A DNA stretch of 64,000 nucleotides from NCBI GenBank assembly GCA_963837955.1, contig CAWIPH010000002.1:1-64000 (forward strand), given 5' to 3'. The notes below the pieces were generated by a model. That model was not told the DNA's origin, searched no databases, and worked only from the letters and a program-made list of their open reading frames with translations. Within the stretch, counting starts at the first letter, position 1; each line of letters begins with the position of its first letter. A program made the position numbers and the translations under genes. This stretch comes from an uncultured Verrucomicrobiae bacterium (GTDB lineage: Bacteria > Verrucomicrobiota > Verrucomicrobiia > Chthoniobacterales > JAFAMB01). Shown one piece after another: positions 20,683-30,695 of the stretch.

Positions 20683-20920
20683 GGATTTCAGCTTAGTTGT
20701 GATTTGTTCGCTGTTTCTTTGAGAGCATCCGCGCTTCCGCCAGCAATGCGGATACTGCGTTCTGGTTCGCCGTAATTTCCATTCCACCGGTAAATCAGGG
20801 GACCGTAAGAAGTGAAAATGATCGAAGCTTCGCGACCCAAAGAAACCTCTTGAAAGGCTGAAGTATCCATCGCCGTTTGGTTGGTAAGTCTCATCATAGA
20901 GTTGCCGTTGGATCCGATTG

Positions 20921-20966
20921 CATCTAGATTATACTTGTACTCTAGATGGATTACGATAATAATCCA
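20921..20966. promoter_or_regulatory. Two abutting palindromic operators, likely bound by the adjacent TetR
   Basis: CATCTAGA-N12-TCTAGATG (20921-20948) and TGGATTA-N6-TAATCCA (20947-20966) between tetR and the divergent operon. Confidence 0.65.
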
Positions 20967-21003
20967 GATTGTCAAGCGGCTTTGAAAAAAGAGAGAAAAC
21001 TCC

Positions 21004-21582
21004 ATGGGTCATTCACAGACAGAAAAAAAGCAAAACCATGAGCGCATTGTCCGGGCCGCCGCAAAACGGTTTCGGGAAAAGGGTCTGGAAGGCGTGGGCA
21101 TTGCCGATCTTATGAAAGAGGTCGGCCTCACCGTTGGTGGCTTTTACAAGCACTTCGACTCCCGTGACGATCTGGTGGTCGAGGCTCTTCGTTCTGCGCT
21201 GGGAACCTGGCGCCGTCAGTCGGACGCTGCTGCAGCCGGTGGTCCGCCACTGACCTACGCTAAGCTGGTCGACAACTATCTGAGCGAGGCGCATCGCGAC
21301 CATCCTGGTGCAGGCTGTCCCATCGGCGCGTTGACTGGAGAGATCGCCCGCAGCGGTAAGCGAACCCGCGCGCTTTTGACCGAAGAGATCCGAAGCGCAT
21401 TCCGGTTGATTGCCGATTTGATCCCGGGCAAGGACGAGGCGCCGGCTAGATCGAGAGCAATTTTAACCCTGAGCGCACTGGTCGGCGCAATTGGGCTCTC
21501 CCGCGCGATATCAGATGAGGCGCTTTCGCGCGAAATCTTGAAGACCGTTAGTGAGCTTCTGAAAAAAGAGGCCCGCGAATAG
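21004..21582 (+). CDS. TetR/AcrR-family regulator (NemR-like)
   Basis: FREKG.EGVGIADLMKEVGLTVGGFYKHFDSRDDL; YLS..HRD....GCP. Confidence 0.92.
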   Translation: MGHSQTEKKQNHERIVRAAAKRFREKGLEGVGIADLMKEVGLTVGGFYKHFDSRDDLVVEALRSALGTWRRQSDAAAAGGPPLTYAKLVDNYLSEAHRDHPGAGCPIGALTGEIARSGKRTRALLTEEIRSAFRLIADLIPGKDEAPARSRAILTLSALVGAIGLSRAISDEALSREILKTVSELLKKEARE

Positions 21583-21638
21583 GGTGACCTCCAAGGGCGT
21601 AACATATGGACACGGTTCCCGGGGTTAAAACCCCGGCG

Positions 21639-21810
21639 GGGAGGGATCGCAGCCTGTCCGACATAGCTTTTGATGCATCACGCTCAACGACCGTGCGCTT
21701 TTGCGACGTCGGATCCTCGCGATCCGCGGCGCACGAGGATCCGACGTCGCGCTCGAGCATTCTGCAGCAGGCATCCAAAGGGCTATGTCGGACAGGCTGT
21801 GCGCCCTCCC
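21639..21810. mobile_element. GGAG-footed REP doublet with a variable-core cassette inserted in each arm
   Basis: GGGAGGGATCGCAG[cassette]TCCTCGCGATCCG / CGGCGCACGAGGA[cassette]CTGTGCGCCCTCCC; a cassette-free relative is at 38858-38975. Confidence 0.7.
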
Positions 21811-21926
21811 GGCGAACGGCGTGACGCGATTTTAGTTGCCAAATCGGTGAGCGTAGTCATCGAATTAAGCGCGAACCATGGAATCTGTGGTTTTGAATTC
21901 TGGCGGGATCCGGAAAAAGAAACAGC

Positions 21927-22334
21927 ATGAAAACTGATCAACCAGCACCCAAGAATATTGACGAATATATCGCGGGCTTCCCACCTGATGTTCAAGGAAT
22001 TCTGAAAAAGATTAGAGTGACGATTAGAAAAGCGGCGCCAGACGCAGAAGAAACGATCAAATACCAAATGCCGACCTTCGTTCTGAAGGGCAATTTGGTG
22101 TATTTCTCTGCCTGGAAAAAGCATATCGGGTTCTATCATCTGTCGACAGCATCCGAGACACTCCAGGAAGAGCTATCTGTTTACGCAGGACCAAAGGGCT
22201 CGTTAAAGTTCCCATTAGATAAGCCAATGCCGCTCGGCCTGATAAGTAAGATTGTAAAGCTCAGGGTAAAGGAAAACCAAGAAAAGGCAGAAGCCAGAGG
22301 AAAGAAGAAATTGAAATGGGGCCGACCGCAATAA
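21927..22334 (+). CDS. DUF1801/YdhG-like protein
   Basis: IDEYIAGFP, AAPDAEETIKYQMPTF, KHIGFY, KGSLKFPLDKPMP. Confidence 0.88.
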   Translation: MKTDQPAPKNIDEYIAGFPPDVQGILKKIRVTIRKAAPDAEETIKYQMPTFVLKGNLVYFSAWKKHIGFYHLSTASETLQEELSVYAGPKGSLKFPLDKPMPLGLISKIVKLRVKENQEKAEARGKKKLKWGRPQ

Positions 22335-22352
22335 GAATGGTTTGGCTTGTCC

Positions 22353-22718
22353 CTAGGCTGAGAATTTCCATTTGCCTCTTTTCTTCCGATAACTCTTAGG
22401 GCGCGAAGGCAGAATCGCAACCTGATCGGCGTCTTTGTAGAAGATCTGCGATTTCATCGGGTTCTTCTGCCGAATAACCCGAATGACATGACCTTCCCTG
22501 ATCGCCCGGGCCACGATCGCTCGACCAACTTCTCGCCAACCTTTCTCGGTAAAAAAAAATCGAACCCGCCGATTTTCGATTTCCGGAAACTTCACGTTCA
22601 TGCCGGCCAGCCCAGCCGTCCACGCACCACGAAGTGGGCCAGGAGACCCCGGAATGAACTCCTGACGCGAGAAGCTGAATGAGCCTTTCTTGGCGTTTGC
22701 GAGGATGCGGTAAATCAT
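22353..22718 (-). CDS. Hypothetical protein (about 121 aa)
   Basis: Protein-like ORF from MIYRIL...RVRFFFTEKGWREVGR...IFYKDADQVAIL; the ORF-track extension to 22886 runs into repeat DNA. Confidence 0.6.
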   Translation of the reverse strand: MIYRILANAKKGSFSFSRQEFIPGSPGPLRGAWTAGLAGMNVKFPEIENRRVRFFFTEKGWREVGRAIVARAIREGHVIRVIRQKNPMKSQIFYKDADQVAILPSRPKSYRKKRGKWKFSA

Positions 22719-22881
22719 GCTATGAGGATTTCTGCCGGCATCATAAGTGACGCGCGTTCGCCCCTCGACTTGCGAAAGAATCTTATCGGGATTAGAAGAC
22801 ACCTCTCCCAGAGTTTGATCGCCAATGTCAGCGCGCGTGAAAGCGGCAACTGTCTTTTGCGATCGGAAGAGGCTTCGTCGC

Positions 22882-23369
22882 GACACGTGCGCCGCGCGGG
22901 CGCAACCTATTGATAAACCGAGGAATCGAGGCCAAGGTGCGCTGGCCTTGCTCTACCTTGGGCAGTTCCCGGGAGCCGCAAGCGGCTCCCCTCCGATGTC
23001 GGGGATTCCGGCTCAACTTAGCAAACATACAATATTTTTGTTCTTCCTTGCGATCTCTGCGTTCTTTTACGGCCATTCTCCTCTCGGAAAAAGCTCCGTC
23101 GGGACACGTGCGTCGCCCGGGCGCAACCCATCGATAGACCGAGGAATCGAGGCCAATAGTGCGCTGATCATGCTCAGCCTTGGGTAGTTCCCGGGAGCCG
23201 CACCTGTCCGACATAGCCTCGCTCTTCTCAATATCGTGGCAACAGCACTGACGCGAAGTCGGAAGCGGCTCCCCTCCGATGTCGGGGATTATGCCTCGAT
23301 GTAGCTAACATAAATTCTTTCTGTTCTCTCTTTGTGGTCTCTGTGTTCTTTTGCGGCTATTTCTTCTCT
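22882..23369. repeat. Tandem duplication (221-bp period) of a non-coding multi-hairpin element
   Basis: Copies start GACACGTGCG at 22882 and 23103; shared ACCGAGGAATCGAGGCCAA, AGTTCCCGGGAGCCGCA, AGCGGCTCCCCTCCGATGTCGGGGATT; copy 2 has a 61-bp insert. Confidence 0.85.
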
Positions 23370-23380
23370 TGTCAGGTCAG

Positions 23381-23447
23381 ATCTATTAAAGAATTAATTG
23401 ACGTATTTGCTGATCGCGCCTAGCTATCTATTAATTCTTTAATAGAT
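23381..23447. promoter_or_regulatory. Double palindromic operator and -35 element of the blaI-like gene
   Basis: ATCTATTAAAGAATTAATTGAC (23381) and ATCTATTAATTCTTTAATAGAT (23426-23447, directly before the ATG); TTGACG at 23398. Confidence 0.75.
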
Positions 23448-23831
23448 ATGGCCCGCAAACCATCACCAACTTTGACAGACGCTGAGTTGCGTCCCATGGA
23501 AATACTTTGGGAGCGAGGACCCTCGACAGTCGCCGAGGTGGTCAACGCGTTACCTGAGCTACTGGGACTGAGCTATAGCACAGTACTCACTACGCTCCGG
23601 ATTTTGGAACAGAAAGGGTATGTCGAACATACCAAAGAGGGACAGGCTTATGTTTATCACCCGATCGTCGACCGCAATCAGGCTCGCAAGAAGGTCCTCA
23701 AACATATTCTAAATCGTTTCTTTGACGACTCACCGGAACTTCTGGTCATGAAGCTTTTGGAATCGGAGCATATCGATGCCGAGGACTTGCAACGGATTCA
23801 ACGGCTGATCAATCAAGGAGAGAAACTGTGA
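23448..23831 (+). CDS. BlaI/MecI/CopY-family repressor
   Basis: LTDAEL..MEILWERGP.TV, YSTVLTTLRILEQKGYV, GQAYVY.P, FFDDSP.LLV. Confidence 0.92.
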   Translation: MARKPSPTLTDAELRPMEILWERGPSTVAEVVNALPELLGLSYSTVLTTLRILEQKGYVEHTKEGQAYVYHPIVDRNQARKKVLKHILNRFFDDSPELLVMKLLESEHIDAEDLQRIQRLINQGEKL

Positions 23832-25787
23832 GCACCAATCTGGATCTCGATCACCTCATGTTTGCGGATGATAGCCGAGCATTTGGTCAATGGTTTGATT
23901 CTGTCGGCAGCAATCTTCCTTGGGTCAATATTGTTATTCCGTTTTCTCCTCCGCGAACAGCGTTGGAGCGCTGCCACCCGCCACCGAGTCTTGCTTCTGA
24001 CCTTTTTTGTTCTAGCTAGCACTCCGATCCTAACGGCGCTGAAACCAACGCGACCGAGTGACAGTCTGCCTAGAACTGGGCAGCTCTTGGCGGAACAACC
24101 TTGGCCCACAGAAATTCAAATGTTTTCTGGCGTGGCTGTACCATCGGAAGCCAATCGCTCTACGCCCCAGCATCATTGGCGACAGCCCGGCTTTTGGCTG
24201 CGCTGGATCGACTGGCCCGTAGCTCTGGCCGTGCTATGGACAATGCTCGTCTTGGTTTATTTTTATCGTTTGGCGGCGGCTATCAATAGGCTTCGACTTC
24301 TTCATCGCAGCGCACGACCTCTGACGGTTTCGACGGACCTCACGTTCCGCCGAAAAATAACGATCGCCGAATCCTCGCGTATTTCTTCTCCGGTAGCGGT
24401 GGGTCTATGGTCGCCAAAGGTACTACTGCCATCAAATTTTCAGTCGGGTTTTTCTGTGGAGGATCGCGCGAACGTGTTGCGCCATGAAATCGCGCATCTT
24501 GAGCGGTTTGATGACTGGTCGAATCTGGCGCAGCAACTCTTCATTGCCTTATTTCCGATAAACCCCTTTCTCTGGATCCTACGCAAGCGATTGCAACTTC
24601 AGGAAGAGATCGCTTGTGACGACTGGGCATTAGCGGGCGCTGATCAGCCGAAAAACTATGCGAGTCTGCTCACTCGCTTGGCTGCCAGTTATCACGGAGG
24701 GCCGTCGCTGGTGTCCGGGGTGAGCCGAGGCGGCAAACACCTTTACCGACGGGTGTCGCGCATTTTGGATAAGAACTGTAACCGGAGTCTCAAACCATCT
24801 TGGCGAAGCACTCTGTTGGCTGGGCTTGGTTTGATTTTCTCGTTGGCTGGAGGCCTGTTTTGGTTGCCGGCGGTGGTATGGACGTCGCCCGCTCAAGCAG
24901 CAGAGGTTCAAAACACGCCCGCGAACCAAGATAGCAAACCCCAGAAGCTAAGTACCGAAGTCATTACGTTGCTAAAGAATTCAGCGTTGAACGACCCGGA
25001 TGCAGGAGTTCGCCGAGAGGCGGTGAACGCTTTGGTCAGAGCGGCTGGCGACGAGGCTACCACTGCGCTTCTGGCTCTTTTGAATGAGAGCAAGGATGAT
25101 CAGGTCAAGCTGCTCATCTTACGCCGGCTCGATCGTGAACGGGTAGGCGAAGCCAGAGTCAAGGAGAAGCTGAACGAGCTGGCAGCACATGAACAGTCGT
25201 TGCCGATCAGAATAGCAGCGCTAAGCGCGTTGGCCCGCACTATCGACGAGAGTGCGGTCGAGAAGTTCATTTCGATCTATCGATCCGCCTCCGAACCGCC
25301 GATTAAAGAGGCCTGCTTGTACGGGTTAACCGGAACACCTTCCAACGTAGCGAAGGATTTTCTGATTTCGGTTGCCAAAGATGATCCGGATCCGGTGATG
25401 CGACGGGTGGCGCTGCGCGCAGTTTCTGGTTCAACGGGAAAACGGATTATGATCCGGACCAAGGGGGCCATGATAGATGGTGGGGAGTTAGAAGATTTAG
25501 GCTATTTTTCGCTTGGCCAAGTTCCCGAGGGCTTAGACGAAATGGTTTTACAACCGAGAGCCGATCTCCTCGATTCGCCCGAAGGCCTGGCCGATCTCGA
25601 GAAAAAGAGAGCGGACGTCTTAGCGCAACGAGCAGAACAGCTGAAACAGCGCATCCAGGCGATTCCGTTACCGAAGATTCCTGGTGAGGAGTCCGAATTG
25701 GAGCCTCCGAGCGCCCCGACTCCGCCCGAATTGCCGTCCAACAAGTCTACTGGCGGGCCTTCTCCAAAGCCTTCTCCAAATCGGTAG
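23828..25787 (+). CDS. BlaR1-like M56 metallopeptidase sensor with C-terminal HEAT repeats (frameshift near start)
   Basis: TM segments, SPVAVGL..P.VLLP, HEIAH (HExxH), EEIACD; repeats DPDAGVRREAV..L and DPDPVMRRVAL; GTG at 23828 overlaps the blaI stop. Confidence 0.88.
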
Positions 25788-25797
25788 GGATGCCGAC

Positions 25798-25941
25798 GTA
25801 GCCTGATCCTCCTGGCTCAGAGAGCGTGTCAGTGATCAGTGATTGGTGAGAAGTGAATAGTGGAACTTATCGGCAAAATCTTTTGCTAATCACTAATCAC
25901 CAATCACTCACCCGCACCCTGAGGCTGGAGCATCAGGCTAC
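25798..25941. mobile_element. GTAG REPIN-like element with internal heptamer arms
   Basis: GTAGCCTGATCCTCCTGGCTCAG ... CTGAGGCTGGAGCATCAGGCTAC; inner RGTGAT/ATCACY 7-mer repeats in inverted orientation. Confidence 0.8.
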
Positions 25942-25943
25942 TT

Positions 25944-27647
25944 TCAAACGGGCAGAGCCTCGGTGGAAGCTAACTTTGCCTCGTGATTCTCCTCAACTTC
26001 AGTCGAGCTCAAAAACTTCTGATCGATCTCCGAAAAATCGCCCCGTGGCTGATCTGACTTATTCGCATTTCGAACCAAAGCATAAGCGATCGACGTCAAC
26101 TGGCTGTTGATCCGCCGCAGACTATCAAGCAAATCGAGAAAGTTAGAGTTCGTAGACTGGATTGGTTTCTCCAGGCGCTGCTTACGGAAGACTCGCAATT
26201 GATTGTTAATTTCCTCTTTTTCTCGGATTAATTGTACCGCGAAGTGCTGGTCCCGTGACATAACGAGCATGGCGACTTTCGCGATGCGTTTCAGCGTGCG
26301 CGAGTAAAGAGTCTCCAGCTCTCGGCGATCTTCCGGCGAAAGTTCATGCGTCGATCGAGCTTCGCGTAATGCGGCTTCAGAAAGGTCCCGCCGGATAAGC
26401 GTGCCGACGGTGCACAGATCTTGGGCGTAGTCCAAAACAATGAGCTTCCAGTCAATATCCTCTTCGCTCAGATTCTCGTCGCTCACCTGGCTGAGATAGT
26501 CTTTAAGACCTTCCTCTGTCTGCTCGACCCGCCTTTGCTGTTCTTCGATCTTGCTTACCAGATGAACATTCTTTGCTGAAAAGATTGCCCGGACCGTGCG
26601 TAGCATCAGCTTTAATTGATCCATTAACCGCAGTTCCTCGCGAGCGGCATGGTTGAGGGCCAACGACGGCGACTGCAGCAGAAGCGGATCAAGATAGCTG
26701 TCGGTCTCGCCGGAGTCGTCGGAATTTGGGGATTCAACCAGGAAAACGATAATTCGGTAGATCAGCGAGAGCACAGGTAAAGCTGCGAGGCCGAGCACCA
26801 GATTGAACAACGTATTCAAATTCGCAGCCTGTCGATCGATCTCGCCCGGAAGAAGGTGGATGATGAAAGTAAACAAACGGGAACTGGCCACGAGCAAGAC
26901 GGCTGCTCCGCAGCCCTTAATCAGAAGGCTGCCGATCGCGAGCCGGCGGCCCTCGATGCTGCCCCAGCCCGCAATCATCATGGTGAGCGTGATTCCGAGA
27001 TTTGCGCCCAGCACCCATGGCACCATCGTCGCACCTGGAAGCAATCCGGATTGGGCTAGTCCAATGCCCAATCCGATGGAAGCCGTCGAACTTTGAAGGA
27101 TAACGGTCAGCAGTGCTGTCGCCAGAAACACTAGCAGGGGATAGTGTTCAGCGACGCCGAAGACCAGCTTCAGATCTGGATTGGCAGCGGCGACGCTTCC
27201 CGCTTTTCCGATCATTTCCATCGCTAAGAAAATCAGACCGATCCCCAGCAGCATTTGGCCGACTCCGCGAAAAATCGCGCGGTTCGAAAATAGGAATCCG
27301 ATTCCTCCGGCGACAAGAAAGACACCGGCGTAGTCCTGTAAGCGAAGCGCCAGTAACTGGACCGAAACCGTGATACCGACGTTTGCTCCTAAAACGATGG
27401 CTAACATGCGCTCAGCCGTTAGCGTCGTTTCATTCAACATCTGCACCGACAACATCGCTATGGCGCTCGACGATGGCGCGACGCAGCCAGCCACTGCACC
27501 GGCGAAGAACGCTTGATAACGATTCTTTGTCATCTGTTGCAGCCAATCGACTAGTCGATTGCCTAACAGACGATCCAGGCCTTTGCGTACGTAGCGCATG
27601 CCCAGAAGTACAAGGATGACACCAGTCGCGATATTCAGGAACGGCAT
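25944..27647 (-). CDS. Na+/Pi cotransporter family protein with PhoU-like C-terminal domains
   Basis: Duplicated PSSSA/QSSTA and GANVG/GANLG motifs; helical C-terminus (SPSLAL..A.RE, DSLRRINS). Confidence 0.9.
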   Translation of the reverse strand: MPFLNIATGVILVLLGMRYVRKGLDRLLGNRLVDWLQQMTKNRYQAFFAGAVAGCVAPSSSAIAMLSVQMLNETTLTAERMLAIVLGANVGITVSVQLLALRLQDYAGVFLVAGGIGFLFSNRAIFRGVGQMLLGIGLIFLAMEMIGKAGSVAAANPDLKLVFGVAEHYPLLVFLATALLTVILQSSTASIGLGIGLAQSGLLPGATMVPWVLGANLGITLTMMIAGWGSIEGRRLAIGSLLIKGCGAAVLLVASSRLFTFIIHLLPGEIDRQAANLNTLFNLVLGLAALPVLSLIYRIIVFLVESPNSDDSGETDSYLDPLLLQSPSLALNHAAREELRLMDQLKLMLRTVRAIFSAKNVHLVSKIEEQQRRVEQTEEGLKDYLSQVSDENLSEEDIDWKLIVLDYAQDLCTVGTLIRRDLSEAALREARSTHELSPEDRRELETLYSRTLKRIAKVAMLVMSRDQHFAVQLIREKEEINNQLRVFRKQRLEKPIQSTNSNFLDLLDSLRRINSQLTSIAYALVRNANKSDQPRGDFSEIDQKFLSSTEVEENHEAKLASTEALPV

Positions 27648-27775
27648 ATTGTTTTCAATCTCGCTAAGGGTTTCTCACACTACATATTGGCCTCTCTATC
27701 GGCGTTATGCTGCTCATACCGTGCAGCCACATACCTATTGTAGATTCAGCCGGATTAACAACCAACGGCCACCCC

Positions 27776-27793
27776 GATTAAAAAAATTTAATG
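27776..27793. promoter_or_regulatory. GATTAA-N6-TTAAT box upstream of the Na/Pi gene
   Basis: GATTAAAAAAATTTAATG; same spacing as the box at 34234. Confidence 0.5.
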
Positions 27794-27805
27794 AAAGAAG
27801 CGGAC

Positions 27806-27972
27806 GTAGCCTGATCCTCCTGGCTCAGAGGTACATCGTGTGAGAGGTGAGAAGTGATTGGTGAATAGTGGATGCATATCGGCAAGTCCTCGGTAGAAAT
27901 CCCCATCACCCTTTCACTAATCACTAATCACCAATCACGCGCTGTACCCCTGAGCCAGGAGGATCAGGCTAC
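27806..27972. mobile_element. GTAG REPIN-like element with internal heptamer arms
   Basis: Perfect 23-bp inverted ends GTAGCCTGATCCTCCTGGCTCAG / CTGAGCCAGGAGGATCAGGCTAC. Confidence 0.85.
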
Positions 27973-27998
27973 GTTGCCCAGCACGCCGATACGGCACA

Positions 27999-30695
27999 CT
28001 ATATCCACGATCGGTATCGTCGAAGAAACCAGGCCTTGACCACCTGAGTGAGTAAACAATAAGCAACGAGGATTCCGCTCAACCAACAAAAGTAAATCAG
28101 GGGTAACCGGACCAGACCAATCGCGGATCCGATGCTCGTGAAAGGCAACACAGCGCCGGCAAACATGACGATGATGGTTGTAGCAAGTAGAGGAGGACAG
28201 GCCCAACTCTGCAAGAACGGAATCTTGCGAGTTCGGATCATGTGCACGATCAGGGTCTGAGAGAGCAAGCCCTCGACGAACCAACCGGATTGGAAAAAAG
28301 CTCTTTGCTCACCCGTCCCCACACCGAAAAGCCACCATAGTAGAGCAAACGTCGCGAGATCGAAAATCGAACTGATTGGGCCAAAAACCATCATGAACCG
28401 CGCGATTCCTTGAGACTCCCAACGACGCGGTCGCGCCAGATCTTCCGGGTCAACGGGATCAAAAGGGATGGTTGTTTGAGAAAGATCGTATAAAAGATTC
28501 TGGACTAACAATTGGAGCGGTAACATTGGCAAAAAAGATAAGAAGGCGCTGGAACCGAGAATCGTCAGAACGTTTCCGAAATTCGAGCTAGCGGCCATCT
28601 TTATATACTTGACGATATTGGCCGAATTTCGCCTTCCCTCGACCACGACGTTCACCAGACCGGTGAGACTCTTTTCTAGCATGATGATGTCCGCCGATTC
28701 TTTCGCGACATCGACTGCTGTGTCCACGGAGATCCCAACATCCGCTTCCCGGAGCGCAGCCGCGTCGTTAATTCCATCGCCCAAAAAGCCGACGGTGTTT
28801 CCTGCTGCTTTCAAAGCCGAGATCACGCGCGACTTCTGCAAAGGCGTCAGCTTGGCGAAAAGCGTGGTTTGAGTAACAGCTCTTTTCAGCTCCTCCTCAG
28901 TCAGTGATTCGACTTCGCTCCCGAGCAGAACATTATTCACTTCGAGATCAACCCATTTGCAAATCCGGCGAGCGACTAATTCGCTGTCTCCCGTCAAAAT
29001 TTTCACCTCCACACCTTCTCGCCGCAGTGCGGCTAGCGCTTCGGTAGCTGACTCCTTTGGTGGATCCAAGAAAGCGATAAAACCAACTAACACGAGGTCG
29101 CGTTCGTCGTTTGCCAGATACTTATAGCTAGTCTGATCGACCGAAATGTCTTTGTAGGCGACCGCCAGTACGCGAAGACCATCCATGCTCAACTCGTCCC
29201 GCGAGAATAAAATCGATTCCCGGAGTTTGGGCGACAACGGCACAATTTTGCCATCAAGTTTTGCTGAGCTGCAGACTGCAATCACTTCTTCGACAGCGCC
29301 CTTACAAATCAGTTCGTGCTGCTGGCGGTCCTTTTCAAGAATGACGGACATCCGCCTGCGCTCGAAGTCGAAAGGGAGTTCGTCGACCTTGCGATAGCTC
29401 TCGCTGATGTGGAGCGCTTCGTGAAGTTCGCCATGCTCCAGCACAGCGGCGTCGAGCAGGTTCTTCAACCCGGTCTGAAAATAACTGTTCAGGTAAGCGT
29501 ATTGCAGAACATCGTCATCTCCATTACCCAGAATATCGAGATGATGTTCCAGGATGATTCGGTCAATCGTGAGCGTACCCGTCTTGTCGGTGCAAAGAAC
29601 GTTCATCGCTCCCAGGTTTTCGATCGAGTTAAGCCGCTTAACGATTACTTTGTTTCGTACCATCGACACGGCGCCGCGGGTAAGGTTGGCCGCAATGATG
29701 ACGGGCAGCATTTCCGGGGTTAACCCGACCGCTACCGACAAAGCGAAAAGAAGGGAGGAGGCCCAGTCTCCCTTGGTCAAGCCGTTTAGCAGGAGTACGA
29801 CGGGGAGGACCGCGAACATGAACCGGATGAATAACCAGCTAATGCTGTTGATGCCCTGATCAAAGCTGGTGAAAGAGCGCTGGCTTCTCGTTCGCTCGAC
29901 GAACGACGCAAAAAGCGTGTCACCGCCGGTGGCTATAACGAGAGCCGTAGCTGTCCCACTGACAACATTGGTGCCCATGAAACAGAGATTCGCCAGATCG
30001 GAAGGTTGCAGAATCTCTTTGGCGGAAGTCCGTCTTGCTCTCGTTGTCGAAGGCTGCAGTGTATCAAATTTTTCGGTGGGCAGCGCTTCACCGCTTAAAA
30101 CCGATTCACTCACAAATAGATCGCGGGTTGTGAGCAGTCGGACGTCACCCGGGATCATGTCGCCGGCGCGGAGATAAATCACATCGCCCGGGACCACTTC
30201 TCGCAGCGGGATCTCTTGTTCTTGGCTTTTTCCGGAGGCAATTGTTCGACTGACCGTTACGGTTGTACTTACCAGGGCGCGCAAACGCGCCACGGTGCGA
30301 GTCGAACGGAATTCTTGTACGAATCGGAGCAACACACTGATGGTGACCATCAGGAGAATCAGCGAGCCGGCTGCGTTATCTCTCAACAAAAAGGAAACGA
30401 CGCTCAAGACGCTGAGAAGAATAACAAAGGGGTTTCCGAAGTTACGGAGAAACTGCGAGAAGATCGACGCGGTTCGATCGTAGGTTACGGAATTATATCC
30501 GTATTCCGCTAAGCGGCTCTTTGCTTCCGTTTCGCTTAGACCATGCTCGGAAGTACGGAGGGATCGAAAAAGCTCTTCCGGTAGCGAATAAGCTGCGTCG
30601 AGGGTTTGGGGACGAATTCTTTTGGAAGCCGGAATGATACCCGGTTTGCTCGCAGCAATTTTCGGGAGTTTGCCCGGTGTCGAAAAGAGGCTCAC
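27999..30695 (-). CDS. mgtA: Magnesium-translocating P-type ATPase
   Basis: VGLTPEMLP, LCTDKTGTLT, PFDFERRRMS, GDGINDA, KYIKMAASSNFGN, FQSGWFVEGL.SQTLIVHMIRT. Confidence 0.95.
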   Translation of the reverse strand: MSLFSTPGKLPKIAASKPGIIPASKRIRPQTLDAAYSLPEELFRSLRTSEHGLSETEAKSRLAEYGYNSVTYDRTASIFSQFLRNFGNPFVILLSVLSVVSFLLRDNAAGSLILLMVTISVLLRFVQEFRSTRTVARLRALVSTTVTVSRTIASGKSQEQEIPLREVVPGDVIYLRAGDMIPGDVRLLTTRDLFVSESVLSGEALPTEKFDTLQPSTTRARRTSAKEILQPSDLANLCFMGTNVVSGTATALVIATGGDTLFASFVERTRSQRSFTSFDQGINSISWLFIRFMFAVLPVVLLLNGLTKGDWASSLLFALSVAVGLTPEMLPVIIAANLTRGAVSMVRNKVIVKRLNSIENLGAMNVLCTDKTGTLTIDRIILEHHLDILGNGDDDVLQYAYLNSYFQTGLKNLLDAAVLEHGELHEALHISESYRKVDELPFDFERRRMSVILEKDRQQHELICKGAVEEVIAVCSSAKLDGKIVPLSPKLRESILFSRDELSMDGLRVLAVAYKDISVDQTSYKYLANDERDLVLVGFIAFLDPPKESATEALAALRREGVEVKILTGDSELVARRICKWVDLEVNNVLLGSEVESLTEEELKRAVTQTTLFAKLTPLQKSRVISALKAAGNTVGFLGDGINDAAALREADVGISVDTAVDVAKESADIIMLEKSLTGLVNVVVEGRRNSANIVKYIKMAASSNFGNVLTILGSSAFLSFLPMLPLQLLVQNLLYDLSQTTIPFDPVDPEDLARPRRWESQGIARFMMVFGPISSIFDLATFALLWWLFGVGTGEQRAFFQSGWFVEGLLSQTLIVHMIRTRKIPFLQSWACPPLLATTIIVMFAGAVLPFTSIGSAIGLVRLPLIYFCWLSGILVAYCLLTQVVKAWFLRRYRSWI

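Noticed and set aside
20688..20897. Possible ~69-aa first gene of the SDR operon
   Set aside because: No recognisable motif or clear RBS; cannot be supported from sequence alone.
22895..22945. HDV-like ribozyme suggested by minus-strand GATTCCTCGG
   Set aside because: No C-(G/U)-A-A J4/2 and no downstream P2 partner could be found.
21653..23263. CRISPR array interpretation of the variable-core cassettes
   Set aside because: The units are dispersed or inverted, not a direct repeat-spacer array, and no cas genes are present.
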